Shown here: piece by piece, positions 1-10,997 of the stretch
Numbering within the stretch: position 1 is the stretch's first letter
How the letters are laid out: each line of letters opens with the position of its first letter
DNA from: a virus
Direction: 5' to 3' (one strand)
Length of the DNA stretch: 64,000 nucleotides
IMG/VR virus record: IMGVR_UViG_3300027782_000038
Translations under genes and position numbers: made by a program
Notes under the pieces: generated by a model
Told to the model about the DNA's origin: nothing
Databases searched by the model: none
What the model saw: the letters and a program-made list of their open reading frames with translations, nothing else

Positions 1-1251
1 ACCGATAACTTAGATATAGAAGATGAATTCTCCGTATATCATGCAAAAAAATTTATCGAATCTCTAAACTTACATTCCCGTGGTAGTTCTATTGAAGTGA
101 GGGATTATCAGATTGAAGCTTTCTGTAATGCAATGCAGAAACGGAGAAGGTTATTATTATCACCTACTGCATCAGGTAAATCACTTATCATATATCTAAT
201 ATTCAGACAGTTATTAGATTATCAAAATCTTAAAGGACTTATCATTGTTCCAACCACATCTCTGGTGGAACAACTATATTCAGACTTTAGTGACTATTCA
301 TCTCACAATGGTTTTGATGTTGAAAACAGCGTACACAGAGTATATCAAGGAAAATCTAAAGAGTCAAGCAAAAATTTAATTATTTCTACTTGGCAGTCAT
401 TGTATACTTTACCTAAAGAATATTTCCAACAGTTCGATTATGTAATTGGTGATGAAGCTCACCTATTCAAAGCACAATCTTTGACTTCAATACTAACATC
501 TTGCACTAACACAAAGTACCGTGTAGGACTCACTGGAACGTTGGATGGCACCAAAACACACAAGCTTGTACTAGAAGGATTGTTTGGCACGGTTAAGACC
601 GTTACAACAACCAGAGAATTGATTGATAATCAACAAGTTTCAGATTTTGAAATTAAGTGTTTGGTCTTAAAACATCCAGATGATAAATGTTTAGAACTTA
701 AAGATAAGTCTTACCAAGATGAAATTCAGTATCTTATTGCAAATGAACAACGTAATAAATTCATTAAAAATCTTGCAGTTAGCTTAGGTACAAATACTTT
801 GGTATTATATCAAATGGTTGACAAACATGGCAAAATACTGTATGATATGATAAGACAAACAACAAATATAGGTAATCGTAAAGTTTTCTTTGTCCATGGT
901 GGAACTGAAACTGATGACCGTGAAGAAATTCGTAGAATTATGGAATTAGAAAATGATGCAATCGTTGTGGCTTCTTTCGGTACTTTTAGTACTGGTATTA
1001 ATATTCGTAACTTGCATAACATTATATTTGCATCACCAAGTAAAAGTCGTGTTAGAAACTTGCAATCAATTGGTCGTGGACTTAGACAATCTGAGGGAAA
1101 AACAAAAGCTACTTTGTACGACATTGCAGATGACCTCAGATATAAAAAACACATGAATTTTACGTTAAAACATTTCGTTGAACGGGTAAAGATATATACT
1201 GAGGAGAAGTTCCCATTCAAGATGTATAAAATAGGATTAAAAAATGGATAA
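1..1251 (+). CDS. uvsW: UvsW SF2 helicase (5'-truncated by window edge)
   Basis: Frame open from base 1; PTASGKS Walker A, DEAH, QSIGRGLR motif VI. Confidence 0.93.
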   Translation, partial: TDNLDIEDEFSVYHAKKFIESLNLHSRGSSIEVRDYQIEAFCNAMQKRRRLLLSPTASGKSLIIYLIFRQLLDYQNLKGLIIVPTTSLVEQLYSDFSDYSSHNGFDVENSVHRVYQGKSKESSKNLIISTWQSLYTLPKEYFQQFDYVIGDEAHLFKAQSLTSILTSCTNTKYRVGLTGTLDGTKTHKLVLEGLFGTVKTVTTTRELIDNQQVSDFEIKCLVLKHPDDKCLELKDKSYQDEIQYLIANEQRNKFIKNLAVSLGTNTLVLYQMVDKHGKILYDMIRQTTNIGNRKVFFVHGGTETDDREEIRRIMELENDAIVVASFGTFSTGINIRNLHNIIFASPSKSRVRNLQSIGRGLRQSEGKTKATLYDIADDLRYKKHMNFTLKHFVERVKIYTEEKFPFKMYKIGLKNG

Positions 1252-1618
1252 CATTAAAATAATCAGATTACAGAATGGTGATGATATTATTGGATCAGTT
1301 ATTTTTGAATACGATGAATATTATGTAAAAGAACCAATGTTAGTTGGTATAGAATATGTTGGTAACAAATCTAGTTTAATCATGAGACAATGGTTACCTT
1401 CACAATTAATTAATACAAATGAAATAAAAATAAAAGAAAGAGATGTACTTTTTGTAGTAGAACCTGCTGAAGATTTCTGTGAATACTATACACATACTGT
1501 GGAAAGACTAACTGAGTTGCTTGATTATAAAGAAAAAACAAAGAATATGGATGAAGATCAAATTAGTATTATTATGGATGCATATGAAGAAATGAATCAT
1601 GGAACTATTGTTCATTAG
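1244..1618 (+). CDS. Conserved T4-like hypothetical protein (Sm-like)
   Basis: IIRLQNGDDIIG start, typical of the ORF between uvsW and gp55. Confidence 0.6.
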   Translation: MDNIKIIRLQNGDDIIGSVIFEYDEYYVKEPMLVGIEYVGNKSSLIMRQWLPSQLINTNEIKIKERDVLFVVEPAEDFCEYYTHTVERLTELLDYKEKTKNMDEDQISIIMDAYEEMNHGTIVH

Positions 1619-1642
1619 CATATTCAATGGGGGACATAGAGA

Positions 1643-1671
1643 ACTATACTCTTTGTCAAGCGTTAAGTCAA
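1643..1671 (-). promoter_or_regulatory. Antisense sigma70-type promoter
   Basis: Minus strand TTGACT-N17-TATAGT. Confidence 0.5.
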
Positions 1672-1702
1672 ATTTTAAATAAAGGTATACCACAAAGATA
1701 TT

Positions 1703-2293
1703 ATGGAAAATAATGAAAGTACAATTGTAACAGAAGAACCTGTTGAAATATTACCGGTCAAAAAGAAACCAAAACAGTATGTTAATAATGCAGACTTTAT
1801 GGCTGCCTTGACACATTACAAAGAGTTGAGTGAACAGGCTAAAGAAAGTAAACTTCCTTCTCCTCCTATACCGAATTACATAGGAGAATGTTTTATGAAG
1901 ATTGCCGAAGGGTTATCACATAAACCAAACTTCATTAACTATTCTTACCGTGACGAAATGATTTCGGATGGTATTGAAAACTGTTTGATGTACTTTGACA
2001 ACTTTGATCCATCCAAATCTAGTAATCCATTTGCTTATTTTACCCAAATCATTTACTATGCTTTCCTCAGACGTATACAGAAAGAAAAGAAACAGACCTA
2101 TGTGAAATACAAAGCCACAGAGCAAATGGGTATTTTAGATGAGTTTGAGATGTTGGAAATGGAAGATGGTGGCATGAGACACTTTGAACTCTATGACAAT
2201 ATTGCCGAATTCATTGAAACCTATGAAGAGGCAAAGAAAAACAAAAAAGTGGTAAAGAAACCAAAAGGGCTTGAATCTTTTGTGGAAGAATGA
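1703..2293 (+). CDS. gp55: Late transcription sigma factor gp55
   Basis: YVNN..F, IAEGLSHKPNF, NPFAYFTQI..YAFLRRI. Confidence 0.95.
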   Translation: MENNESTIVTEEPVEILPVKKKPKQYVNNADFMAALTHYKELSEQAKESKLPSPPIPNYIGECFMKIAEGLSHKPNFINYSYRDEMISDGIENCLMYFDNFDPSKSSNPFAYFTQIIYYAFLRRIQKEKKQTYVKYKATEQMGILDEFEMLEMEDGGMRHFELYDNIAEFIETYEEAKKNKKVVKKPKGLESFVEE

Positions 2294-2319
2294 TACACTA
2301 TCATCTTTAGGAGTATATT

Positions 2320-2490
2320 ATGTATAAAGTGACTTACTTACCAGAACCATCTGTATCTCAAATTCTTGCGTTTGAAGAATTCGATTCTTATAGGTCTGCA
2401 ATGTATTTTGCAAACAAATTTCAGGTTGATGGTCTTGTCTTAGAAATCAAATATTATCCAAAAGAAAATAAGAAACTGGATCGCAACTGA
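2320..2490 (+). CDS. Small hypothetical protein
   Basis: AGGAG RBS, 56 codons, TGATG coupling to gp47; absent from ORF track. Confidence 0.6.
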   Translation: MYKVTYLPEPSVSQILAFEEFDSYRSAMYFANKFQVDGLVLEIKYYPKENKKLDRN

Positions 2491-3572
2491 TGAAAGTAGC
2501 AATAATAACGGATCAACATTTTGGTGCTAGAAATGATTCACAACATTTTTTGGATTTTTATGAGAAGTTTTATAAAGAAACATTTTTTCCTAATATTGAG
2601 TCTCATGGCATTACTACCCTACTTATTTTGGGTGATACTTTTGACCGCAGGAAATACGTTAACTTCTATACATTAAAACGTGCCAAAGAAATGTTCTTTG
2701 ATAAACTAGCCGAACTCAATATTGAAGTTCATATGTTGGCTGGTAATCACGACACATATTTTAAAAATACCAATGACGTTAACTCGGTTGACTTATTATT
2801 GCGTGAGTATAATAACATTACAATCATTGATTCACCACAGACTATTCATTTAAACTATGAAGATGTAACCCATGATGTATGCATGATACCATGGATATGT
2901 ACTGAAAATTACGAACAGTCAATGTCTGAGTTAAAAAACACCAGTGCTACATTGTGTATGGGTCACTTAGAAATTGCTGGTTTTACTATGCATCGTGGAA
3001 TGAAATCGGAAGAAGGACTAGATCGTGGAATTTTTAAACGATTCGACATAGTTTTTAGTGGTCATTTTCACCATCGCTCAAGTGATGATAATATACACTA
3101 TCTTGGAAACCCTTACGAAATAACATGGCAGGATTATAACGACAGTCGGGGTTTTCACATCTTCGACTTGGACAGTCGTAACTTGGAGTTTGTTGCAAAT
3201 CCTAATGTAATGTTTCATCGTATTGTTTATGATGATAAGGAAGAATCAATAACGGAAATTAATAATAAAGAACTATCACAATATAAAAACTGCTACGTCA
3301 AAGTTGTCGTTGTTAACAAAACAAATCCTTATCTATTTGATAAGTTTATGAACAATCTTTATAATGTTAACCCAATTGATATTACCATTGCGGAAGACTT
3401 TACTGACTTGACAGAAGGTGTGGAAGATGATATGATAGATCAAGCAGAAGATACTATGACAATCATTTCGAAGTATATTGATGGTATCAAAGAAGAAAAC
3501 CTTGACAACAATAAACTGAAAACTATAATGCGTGAATTATACGTTGAATCATTGAATACAGAACAGGCATGA
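2490..3572 (+). CDS. gp47: Recombination nuclease gp47 (Mre11/SbcD-like)
   Basis: DQHFG, GDTFD, GNHD, GHFH motifs. Confidence 0.95.
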   Translation: MKVAIITDQHFGARNDSQHFLDFYEKFYKETFFPNIESHGITTLLILGDTFDRRKYVNFYTLKRAKEMFFDKLAELNIEVHMLAGNHDTYFKNTNDVNSVDLLLREYNNITIIDSPQTIHLNYEDVTHDVCMIPWICTENYEQSMSELKNTSATLCMGHLEIAGFTMHRGMKSEEGLDRGIFKRFDIVFSGHFHHRSSDDNIHYLGNPYEITWQDYNDSRGFHIFDLDSRNLEFVANPNVMFHRIVYDDKEESITEINNKELSQYKNCYVKVVVVNKTNPYLFDKFMNNLYNVNPIDITIAEDFTDLTEGVEDDMIDQAEDTMTIISKYIDGIKEENLDNNKLKTIMRELYVESLNTEQA

Positions 3573-5284
3573 TAAAATTTGAGAAAGTAAGGTGGCGTAA
3601 TTTTTTAAGTACGGGTGCATCATTTACTGAAATTAGTTTTACAAAATCACCAAACACATTGATTGTTGGACATAATGGTGCCGGCAAGTCTACTATTTTG
3701 GATGCATTGTGTTTCGGTCTGTTTGGTAAACCATTTCGTAAGATAAACAAACCGCAATTATTGAACAGTATTAATCAACAGGCTGCTATAGTTGAGATTG
3801 AGTTCTCTATTGGTCAGAAACAATACAAAGTAATTCGTGGTATTAAACCAAACGTGTTTGAGATTTACTGTAATGGTATTATGATTAATCAAGATGCAAA
3901 AGTGATGGATTACCAAGAGCATCTAGAAAAGTTTATTCTCAAACTAAATTTCAAGTCTTTTACTCAAGTTGTTATTCTTGGTTCGGCATCATTTGTTCCG
4001 TTCATGCAGTTGTCTCCGTCTGATCGTAGAAACATCATTGAGGATTTACTAGACATACAAATCTTTTCGTCTATGAATAGCTTGGTGAAAGAAAAGTTTT
4101 CTGCTATTAAAGACCAGACACAAAAGAACAAGTATGCAATGGATTTAACTGCTGAAAAAATTAAGATGCAGAAAGAATCTATTGAAGAAAATAAGAAACA
4201 TAATGATACTGAAATTAAAAAGAAGAATTCTGAAATTACAGATAGTAATACTCAGATAAAAAAACTTATTGATGATATTGTTTTGATCCAAAAACATATA
4301 GAAGTTCTTGATAGTAAAATTTCTGATAGGTTATCTGTAGAGAAAAAAACTACAAAATTACTACAATTAGAATCTAAGCTTGAATCAAAATTAAAGAAGG
4401 TTGAAAAAGAAGAAAAGTTCTATGAAGAAAACGACAACTGCCCAACCTGCAAACAAGGTATCCTTGACGCCTTCAGACATGAACAGCTTAGTGGAATTAA
4501 TAAGACAAAAGGAGAAGTTGGAGTTGCAATTAAAGATATTGAAAAACAAATCCAAGAATCAAACGAAAGAACACAACAGATACAAAAAATAGTCAAACAT
4601 ATACAAGATCATAATAATGAAATTGTTAAGCATAATTCAACTATTACTGCGGTAAATACATATATTGGTAAGTTACAGAAAGAGATTATTACTTTATCTG
4701 AACGTAAAGATAATCTTGAAGATGAAAATGCCAAGTTGAAAGAATTGCGTGAAGAACTTGGTGCTTTGATTAAAGAACAGGAACATTTATCTGTTGATAA
4801 ACAGTATTACGAATTTGCCTCATCTTTGTTAAAAGATACCGGAATTAAAACCAAAATCATCAGACAGTATTTACCAATCATGAATAAACTGATTAATAAG
4901 TATCTGACTGCAATGGATTTCTTTGTGAACTTTAATATCAATGAATCATTTGAAGAAACAATTAAGAGTAGGCATCGTGATGAGTTTTCTTATGCTAATT
5001 TCTCCGAAGGAGAAAAGATGCGTATTGATTTGGCCTTACTTTTTACATGGCGACAAATAGCCAAGTTAAAGAATTCAACCAATACTAATTTATTGATTTT
5101 AGATGAAGTGTTTGATTCTAGTTTAGATGCAGTTGGTACGGAAGAATTTTTAAAGTTGATACATGAAATGGGTACAGATACAAACATCTTTGTTATCTCA
5201 CACAAGGGTGATTTATTGTTTGATAAGTTTAGATCAGTAATTAAATTTGAGAAGCATAATAATTTTAGTAGGATATCAAAATGA
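3569..5284 (+). CDS. gp46: Recombination ATPase gp46 (Rad50/SbcC-like)
   Basis: GHNGAGKS, CPTC zinc hook, FSEGE signature, LDEVFD. Confidence 0.96.
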   Translation: MIKFEKVRWRNFLSTGASFTEISFTKSPNTLIVGHNGAGKSTILDALCFGLFGKPFRKINKPQLLNSINQQAAIVEIEFSIGQKQYKVIRGIKPNVFEIYCNGIMINQDAKVMDYQEHLEKFILKLNFKSFTQVVILGSASFVPFMQLSPSDRRNIIEDLLDIQIFSSMNSLVKEKFSAIKDQTQKNKYAMDLTAEKIKMQKESIEENKKHNDTEIKKKNSEITDSNTQIKKLIDDIVLIQKHIEVLDSKISDRLSVEKKTTKLLQLESKLESKLKKVEKEEKFYEENDNCPTCKQGILDAFRHEQLSGINKTKGEVGVAIKDIEKQIQESNERTQQIQKIVKHIQDHNNEIVKHNSTITAVNTYIGKLQKEIITLSERKDNLEDENAKLKELREELGALIKEQEHLSVDKQYYEFASSLLKDTGIKTKIIRQYLPIMNKLINKYLTAMDFFVNFNINESFEETIKSRHRDEFSYANFSEGEKMRIDLALLFTWRQIAKLKNSTNTNLLILDEVFDSSLDAVGTEEFLKLIHEMGTDTNIFVISHKGDLLFDKFRSVIKFEKHNNFSRISK

Positions 5285-5853
5285 GTGATGTGATTACCTT
5301 CAATACTGAAGATTTGGCCAAGCCAGTCACAGTAAAAACAGAACCAAAAGTATTCACCTTAGTTGGTGAAGATAACCCGATTTTAAAACAGGTGTTACCT
5401 GAATTTGATTTCAGTAATCCACCTGTTAATCCAAATGAGTTTGCATCAACATTAGTGGAAACTTGTAAATTACATCATGGTATTGGGTTATCTGCCAACC
5501 AATGTGGATTTCCATACCGTGTATTTGTGATGGGTGCTGGTGAAGAATATGTGGCATTTTACAATCCGAATCTGATTGACCAATCAGATAATGAGGTACA
5601 CATCATTGAAGGTTGCCTTTCTTTTCCGTTCTTAGGATTACGGATTACAAGGCCAGAAAGTGTTCAGGTAGAATACCAAGACTTCAATGGTGTTAAACGT
5701 GAGACTACTCTGTATGGCATATCTGCAAGATGTTTTCTGCATGAGCTTGACCATATGAACGGAATCGTGTATACTGAGAGAGTCAAACCCTTGGCATTAG
5801 AATTGGGTCTCAAGAAACGTAATAAATTGATGAAGAAGATTAGACTTAAATAA
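5281..5853 (+). CDS. def: Peptide deformylase
   Basis: GIGLSANQ, EGCLS, HELDH motifs. Confidence 0.95.
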   Translation: MSDVITFNTEDLAKPVTVKTEPKVFTLVGEDNPILKQVLPEFDFSNPPVNPNEFASTLVETCKLHHGIGLSANQCGFPYRVFVMGAGEEYVAFYNPNLIDQSDNEVHIIEGCLSFPFLGLRITRPESVQVEYQDFNGVKRETTLYGISARCFLHELDHMNGIVYTERVKPLALELGLKKRNKLMKKIRLK

Positions 5854-7112
5854 TGGCTACACCACTTGAATTTGTAGAGAAACAATGGCAAGAATGGCAA
5901 GAGACTAATACCGAAACAGAACACGTTGATGTTGAGGTAATGAAAGAAAAACTTATTGCTGATCTAACTTATGCTTCTCAGATGGATGTTCGTGAATATA
6001 CTTTATACCAGAAATGGTGTGAAGTCAAAGAACGTTATCCTGTTCATACTATCAATACACTATTTGGAGAAGAACTTCAGATGGTTGATAGTGAACAAGA
6101 GAAACTCATTAAGGATGTTAAATCTAAATTCTGGATGCCTAAAGATCCAGATGATTATGCCAAATTAAAACCAATTATGGTTCTTTCTAATGGTGATCTT
6201 GCTGAAAGGTGGAATGCCGTTAGAACTTTTTCTTCTACAATGAAGAATAACTCTAATATCGGCCGTAACTTATTTTACACAGTTGTAGATGAAGTTACCG
6301 GCAAGTATCTAGGTGTTATCTGCATTTCTTCTGACTTCTTAGACCTTACACCTAGAGATAACGCAATAGGATGGTCTAGGGACGTTAAGACACAGCAACA
6401 TATGATCAATCATACAGCAATTGGTTCCACCATCGTTCCACTACAACCCTTAGGATTTAATTACATGGGTGGAAAACTATTGGCGCTGATGTGTTTATCT
6501 GATACAGTTCAGAAAGATTGGAAAAGACAATATGGAGATACGTTGGTAGCAGTTACAACTACATCTTTATATGGAAAGACTAAGACTGGAGGACTCTCTC
6601 AGTACGATGGACTTGAACATTGGAACGCTATGGGTTTCTCATCAGGTTCTGTAGCTTTTGAACCATCTAGACAAACTAAGAAATTAGTGTTTAATTGGAT
6701 CAAAGAGAATTATCCACGGAAGTATTTTGAGTGGTGGGAAGCCAAGAATACACAAGGTTTACCACTTAAGCGTGACCACAAAAACCGTTCATTGAATTTT
6801 GCATATGGTAAATTAGAAATACCAAAAAACTTAATTCGTACCGAACATCAACGTGGAATCTATTTTTCACCACTCTATAATAACACCAATGAATTTCTAA
6901 GGAAAGAAATTGGTGATGATCAACTGGTAAAGTCGTTTGATACCAGTGAAGAATCTTTGGCAAATATTTGGAAAACAAAATACGCTAAACCAAGAATTAG
7001 ACAGCTCAAAAAGAAAGATAAAGTATCCTATGAAACATTGTTTTACTCGGATTTAATATTTTTAAGTTGGGAGGAAACAAAATCCAAATACCTAGGACAG
7101 GTTGGTCGCTAA
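5853..7112 (+). CDS. DUF4338/DruA-like protein, copy 1
   Basis: IVPLQPLGFNYMGGKLLA...TTTSLYG...SQY; paralogous to 29739-30848. Confidence 0.6.
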   Translation: MATPLEFVEKQWQEWQETNTETEHVDVEVMKEKLIADLTYASQMDVREYTLYQKWCEVKERYPVHTINTLFGEELQMVDSEQEKLIKDVKSKFWMPKDPDDYAKLKPIMVLSNGDLAERWNAVRTFSSTMKNNSNIGRNLFYTVVDEVTGKYLGVICISSDFLDLTPRDNAIGWSRDVKTQQHMINHTAIGSTIVPLQPLGFNYMGGKLLALMCLSDTVQKDWKRQYGDTLVAVTTTSLYGKTKTGGLSQYDGLEHWNAMGFSSGSVAFEPSRQTKKLVFNWIKENYPRKYFEWWEAKNTQGLPLKRDHKNRSLNFAYGKLEIPKNLIRTEHQRGIYFSPLYNNTNEFLRKEIGDDQLVKSFDTSEESLANIWKTKYAKPRIRQLKKKDKVSYETLFYSDLIFLSWEETKSKYLGQVGR

Positions 7113-7682
7113 TAATTTATTTAACTGCCATTTAGTTAAATTTAACTCTTTCATTGCTTGTCGTTTATGAGTATAAAAAATTCCGTTTATGGTAACCGGT
7201 ATTGCTTTAGGATGATTTTTACCTGATATTGATACTGATAAATTTTTCAAATGAGATTCAGAAAAAGGTTTTCTTTTTTTACCTATTTTTCCTTTTGAAA
7301 TATTTTCACACCAATTCACGGAGTGTTTTCTACCTTTAACCTTATTGGTTCTTTTTTGTATTTGTTCTTTACTATGTTTGAATCCTAAAATACCATCACC
7401 ACCTAAAGTCGAATTGTAACCTTCCGTAAAAGAATTAAATTGTTCTATGAAATAGGCTTCCATAATTTTAAGTGTGTGGTTTCCATCGACTGATTGATAC
7501 ATTAATTCCCAATCAAATTTATCCCAACCATATTTACAAATAGCGTTATAAAATTTGGACTTTGTTTTTTTATGTTGTGATTTGTGGTATCTTTTACGGT
7601 TTGGCCAGTTAGAATCAAAGCCAATATAAACTTTACCATTAATGGTATTTGTGGCTTTATATATTGAATATATACTTGACAT
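7092..7682 (-). mobile_element. Free-standing GIY-YIG homing endonuclease with NUMOD3-like repeats
   Basis: SIYKATNTINGKVYIG, GYNSTLGG. Confidence 0.88.
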
Positions 7683-7795
7683 TAGCTGTGTTTCCTGTTA
7701 AAATATGAACATAGAGTAGGTAGGAGCTCCAACTCCGTGACCTACACCTATTTATGCCACAAGTTGGTAGATAATCAAGTATACCACAGATATGC

Positions 7796-7824
7796 TTGAC
7801 AAAAGACATACATAATGTTATGAT
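7796..7824 (+). promoter_or_regulatory. sigma70-type promoter
   Basis: TTGACA-N17-TATGAT. Confidence 0.65.
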
Positions 7825-7878
7825 ATGTTTACTCGTACTGAAACGAGTTTTAACTTTAATATGATAAGGAATTAAAAA

Positions 7879-8151
7879 ATGACTAAATTATCCGCAAAAG
7901 AAAAAATGTTGAACGCACTTCAGAAAACTGAAGGTTACAACACTTTCACCGTAGCACAAGCGCAACGCCGTTTTGGTATTCAAAATGTATCTGCTCGTAT
8001 TGATGAACTTCGTTCAGAAGGTCATTGCATCTACACTAACACTAAAACTTCACAAGATGGTCGCAAAGTAAGCTTCTATCGTTTGGGTAAACCATCCCGT
8101 GAGATGGTTAAAGCTGCGTCACAAATCGCACGCCACGCTTTCTACGCTTAA
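7879..8151 (+). CDS. Winged-helix DNA-binding protein
   Basis: VSARIDELRSEGHCI...FYRLG helix-turn-helix pattern. Confidence 0.65.
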   Translation: MTKLSAKEKMLNALQKTEGYNTFTVAQAQRRFGIQNVSARIDELRSEGHCIYTNTKTSQDGRKVSFYRLGKPSREMVKAASQIARHAFYA

Positions 8152-8167
8152 TCTTTAGTGGTATTTG

Positions 8168-8196
8168 AGGGAGTCCTAGGACTCCCTTTTTGTTTT
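8168..8196 (+). terminator. Intrinsic terminator
   Basis: AGGGAGTC-loop-GACTCCCT followed by T tract. Confidence 0.8.
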
Positions 8197-8782
8197 ATAA
8201 CCTACGACAGAAATATTTTTTACAATGTTTAGATTTACCGTTAACAACTTTCATCATATTACCCTGATCTAAATTATTTTCTATGCAAAATCTTCTAAGA
8301 TTTCTTATGTTAAAAGTATTACCGGCCGGATCTGTTATTTCCCATTCTTTGGATATTTTATCGCCATATCGTAACATACTTTCAAATAATTTATTTTTGG
8401 TTTCTTGACTTTTAATTTTACCTTTTTGTGCAATGGACATTTTATTTCGAGTTGTTTTGTTTCTAAAAACACCTTTAGTTCCTTCTCCACCATAAGTCAT
8501 GTTATAACCAAAACCAAATTTATAATGTGTATTATCTTGTCTTATAAAATATTCTTCATAATCTTTAATGTGATCTTCATATAATGATTGATAAACTATT
8601 TCTTTATTAAAATTATGCCAACCATATTTTCTTATAGCTCTATGTAAAATTGTATTGTAAGATGGTTGATTTTTATTATAAGATTCTGTATAATGTTGAT
8701 TAAACCTATTTTCGGCGTCATATGAATATCCAAAATAAGATTTATTGTTAATTGTGTTTGTTATTTTGTATATATAAAACAT
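8195..8782 (-). mobile_element. Free-standing GIY-YIG homing endonuclease
   Basis: YIYKITNTINNKSYFG, GYNMTYGGEG; late promoter TATAAATA on minus strand at 8818-8825. Confidence 0.87.
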
Positions 8783-8835
8783 AATTGTTGAATTAATTTA
8801 GAGTAGTATTGATGTATTATTTATAAGGAATATTT

Positions 8836-9654
8836 ATGGAAATTAGTATAAAAACAGAAGAATTAAAAAGTAAATCCATTTTTTGTGCAACACCAATGTA
8901 TGGTGGTATGAACCACGGACTTTACATGAAAGCTTGCCTTGATTTACAAGGTATGTGTATGCAGTATGGTATTCAAATTAAATTCTCATTTTTATTCAAT
9001 GAGTCATTAATTACCCGTGCTAGAAATTATCTCGTAGATGAATTTATTCATCGTTCAGACTGTACACATTTATTGTTTTTAGATTCGGACATTAGCTTTA
9101 ATCCGCAAGATGTTATTGCAATGTTGGCCTTAGATAAAGATGTTATTGGTGGTCCTTATCCAAAGAAAGCCATCAAGTGGCGTTCTGTTGCAAAAGCTTT
9201 AGAAAAGAATCCTCAAATGGATCACTCTATGCTTGAGAAAGTTGCTGGTGATTTCGTATTCAATCCAGTAAAAGGTACTGCACAATTTTCAGTTTCAGAA
9301 CCTTTGTCTGTTCTTGAAATTGGTACTGGTTTCATGATGGTTAAACGTGAAGTCTTTGCTAAGATGACTGAAGAATATCCAACAATTCGATATAAACCAG
9401 ATCATGTTGGCCAAGCAAACTTTGATGGTTCACGTTACATTCACGCTTTCTTTGATACTGTGATTGACACCAAAGAATCTATTACTGGTGGTGGTTCAGA
9501 TCGTTACTTGTCAGAAGATTATATGTTCTGTCAAATGTGGCGTAAAATGGGTGGAGAAATCTTCTTGTGTCCTTGGATGAGAACTGCACACATTGGTACG
9601 TATCACTTCCAAGGTGATATGCCTGCTGTGGCAAATTTTGTCGGAGAAATGTAA
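8836..9654 (+). CDS. Glycosyltransferase-like (GT-A) protein
   Basis: LFLDSD DxD motif, GTGFMM, SEDY.FC. Confidence 0.65.
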   Translation: MEISIKTEELKSKSIFCATPMYGGMNHGLYMKACLDLQGMCMQYGIQIKFSFLFNESLITRARNYLVDEFIHRSDCTHLLFLDSDISFNPQDVIAMLALDKDVIGGPYPKKAIKWRSVAKALEKNPQMDHSMLEKVAGDFVFNPVKGTAQFSVSEPLSVLEIGTGFMMVKREVFAKMTEEYPTIRYKPDHVGQANFDGSRYIHAFFDTVIDTKESITGGGSDRYLSEDYMFCQMWRKMGGEIFLCPWMRTAHIGTYHFQGDMPAVANFVGEM

Positions 9655-10331
9655 TGATTGTGGGTCTTGTCGGTTTCATAGGTTCTGGTAAAGGAACTGC
9701 TGGAGATATCCTAAATGAATTAGGATTTATCAAAGAGAGTTTTGCCGGGTCAGTCAAAGATATCGCCTCCGTTATGTTTGGATGGCCTAGGCACCTACTA
9801 GAAGGTGATACTGATGAGTCCCGCAAATTCAGAGAAGAACCGGATGAAGGATGGTCAAAAAGATTTGGCCGATCTTTTACTCCCCGTGAAGCATTACAAA
9901 AAGTTGGAACAGAAGTCGGCCGTGATTTATTTCACCAAGACTTTTGGGTACAAGCATTAGATGCAAAAGTTGATTTCAAAAAACACTATGTTATTACTGA
10001 TGTTCGTTTTCCAAATGAAATTAATTGGATTCAAGAAAACGGTGGTATCGTAGTTGAAATTCAACGAGGTGAAAATCCTGGGTGGTATGGCAAATTAAAA
10101 GAACTAAAACGCCAAGGATATGAATATGGATTCAGAAAACAAATGATGAATGAATTGGATGTACATGAATCTGAATGGGCTTGGGTCGGTCAAGATATTG
10201 ATTTTAGGATTGACAATAATACCACAAAAGAAGCCTTACAAGATTGCCTCATTGCTGTATTGACAAATCGTTTTGATATGCGTACAATAAGTACATTACA
10301 TAATGGAGAATTAAATGAAGTTATCGAATGA
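9654..10331 (+). CDS. Deoxynucleoside monophosphate kinase (gp1-like)
   Basis: GFIGSGKGT, TPREALQKVGTE, DVRFPNE. Confidence 0.9.
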   Translation: MIVGLVGFIGSGKGTAGDILNELGFIKESFAGSVKDIASVMFGWPRHLLEGDTDESRKFREEPDEGWSKRFGRSFTPREALQKVGTEVGRDLFHQDFWVQALDAKVDFKKHYVITDVRFPNEINWIQENGGIVVEIQRGENPGWYGKLKELKRQGYEYGFRKQMMNELDVHESEWAWVGQDIDFRIDNNTTKEALQDCLIAVLTNRFDMRTISTLHNGELNEVIE

Positions 10332-10992
10332 GTCACTAACAATACTCAAGAACTTTGCCACAATCAATAATGGTATTAAGTTTAGAACAGGACAACGACA
10401 GTCAACTATGGCTGAAACAAAGACTATCTTGGCTACTGCAAATTTAACGGAAGAATTTCCGGTTGACTTTTGTATTCATGATTTGAATCAATTTTTATCA
10501 GTACATAATTCTTTGTATAAAGATGCTGGTGAACTTGAGTTTGATGGTAATAACAATGTTATTTTCAGAAAAGGTCGTTATAACACCACATATCGTATGG
10601 CTGATGAATCACAAATCGTAGTTGCACCAGAAAAAGGTATCAACGTTGATGTGTATGATTTATCTTTTACACTTGTAGCTGAAGATTTAGATTGGGTTTT
10701 GAAAACTGCATCTGTTCTTTCGTTACCAAACATTGCTGTACAATCTGATGGTGAGAAAGTAGAAATCTTTACGTTTGATGGCAAAGATGACTCTAAATCA
10801 AACAACACAATTCAGATTGGTGATGGTAACGGAACTAAATTTAAAGTTGTGTTCAAAACTGATTATTGGAAGATGATTCCCGGAACATATCAGGTTGATG
10901 TTACGCTTAAAGGATTCAGTCGTTTTAAGAATTCAAACGGTGCAATTGAGTATGTGATTGCAATCGAAAAGGATATTTCTTCTTTAGGATAA
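10315..10992 (+). CDS. gp45: Sliding clamp gp45
   Basis: MKLS..LTILKNFATIN, DLNQFLS; synteny with gp44/gp62. Confidence 0.92.
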   Translation: MKLSNESLTILKNFATINNGIKFRTGQRQSTMAETKTILATANLTEEFPVDFCIHDLNQFLSVHNSLYKDAGELEFDGNNNVIFRKGRYNTTYRMADESQIVVAPEKGINVDVYDLSFTLVAEDLDWVLKTASVLSLPNIAVQSDGEKVEIFTFDGKDDSKSNNTIQIGDGNGTKFKVVFKTDYWKMIPGTYQVDVTLKGFSRFKNSNGAIEYVIAIEKDISSLG

Positions 10993-10997
10993 AAACT

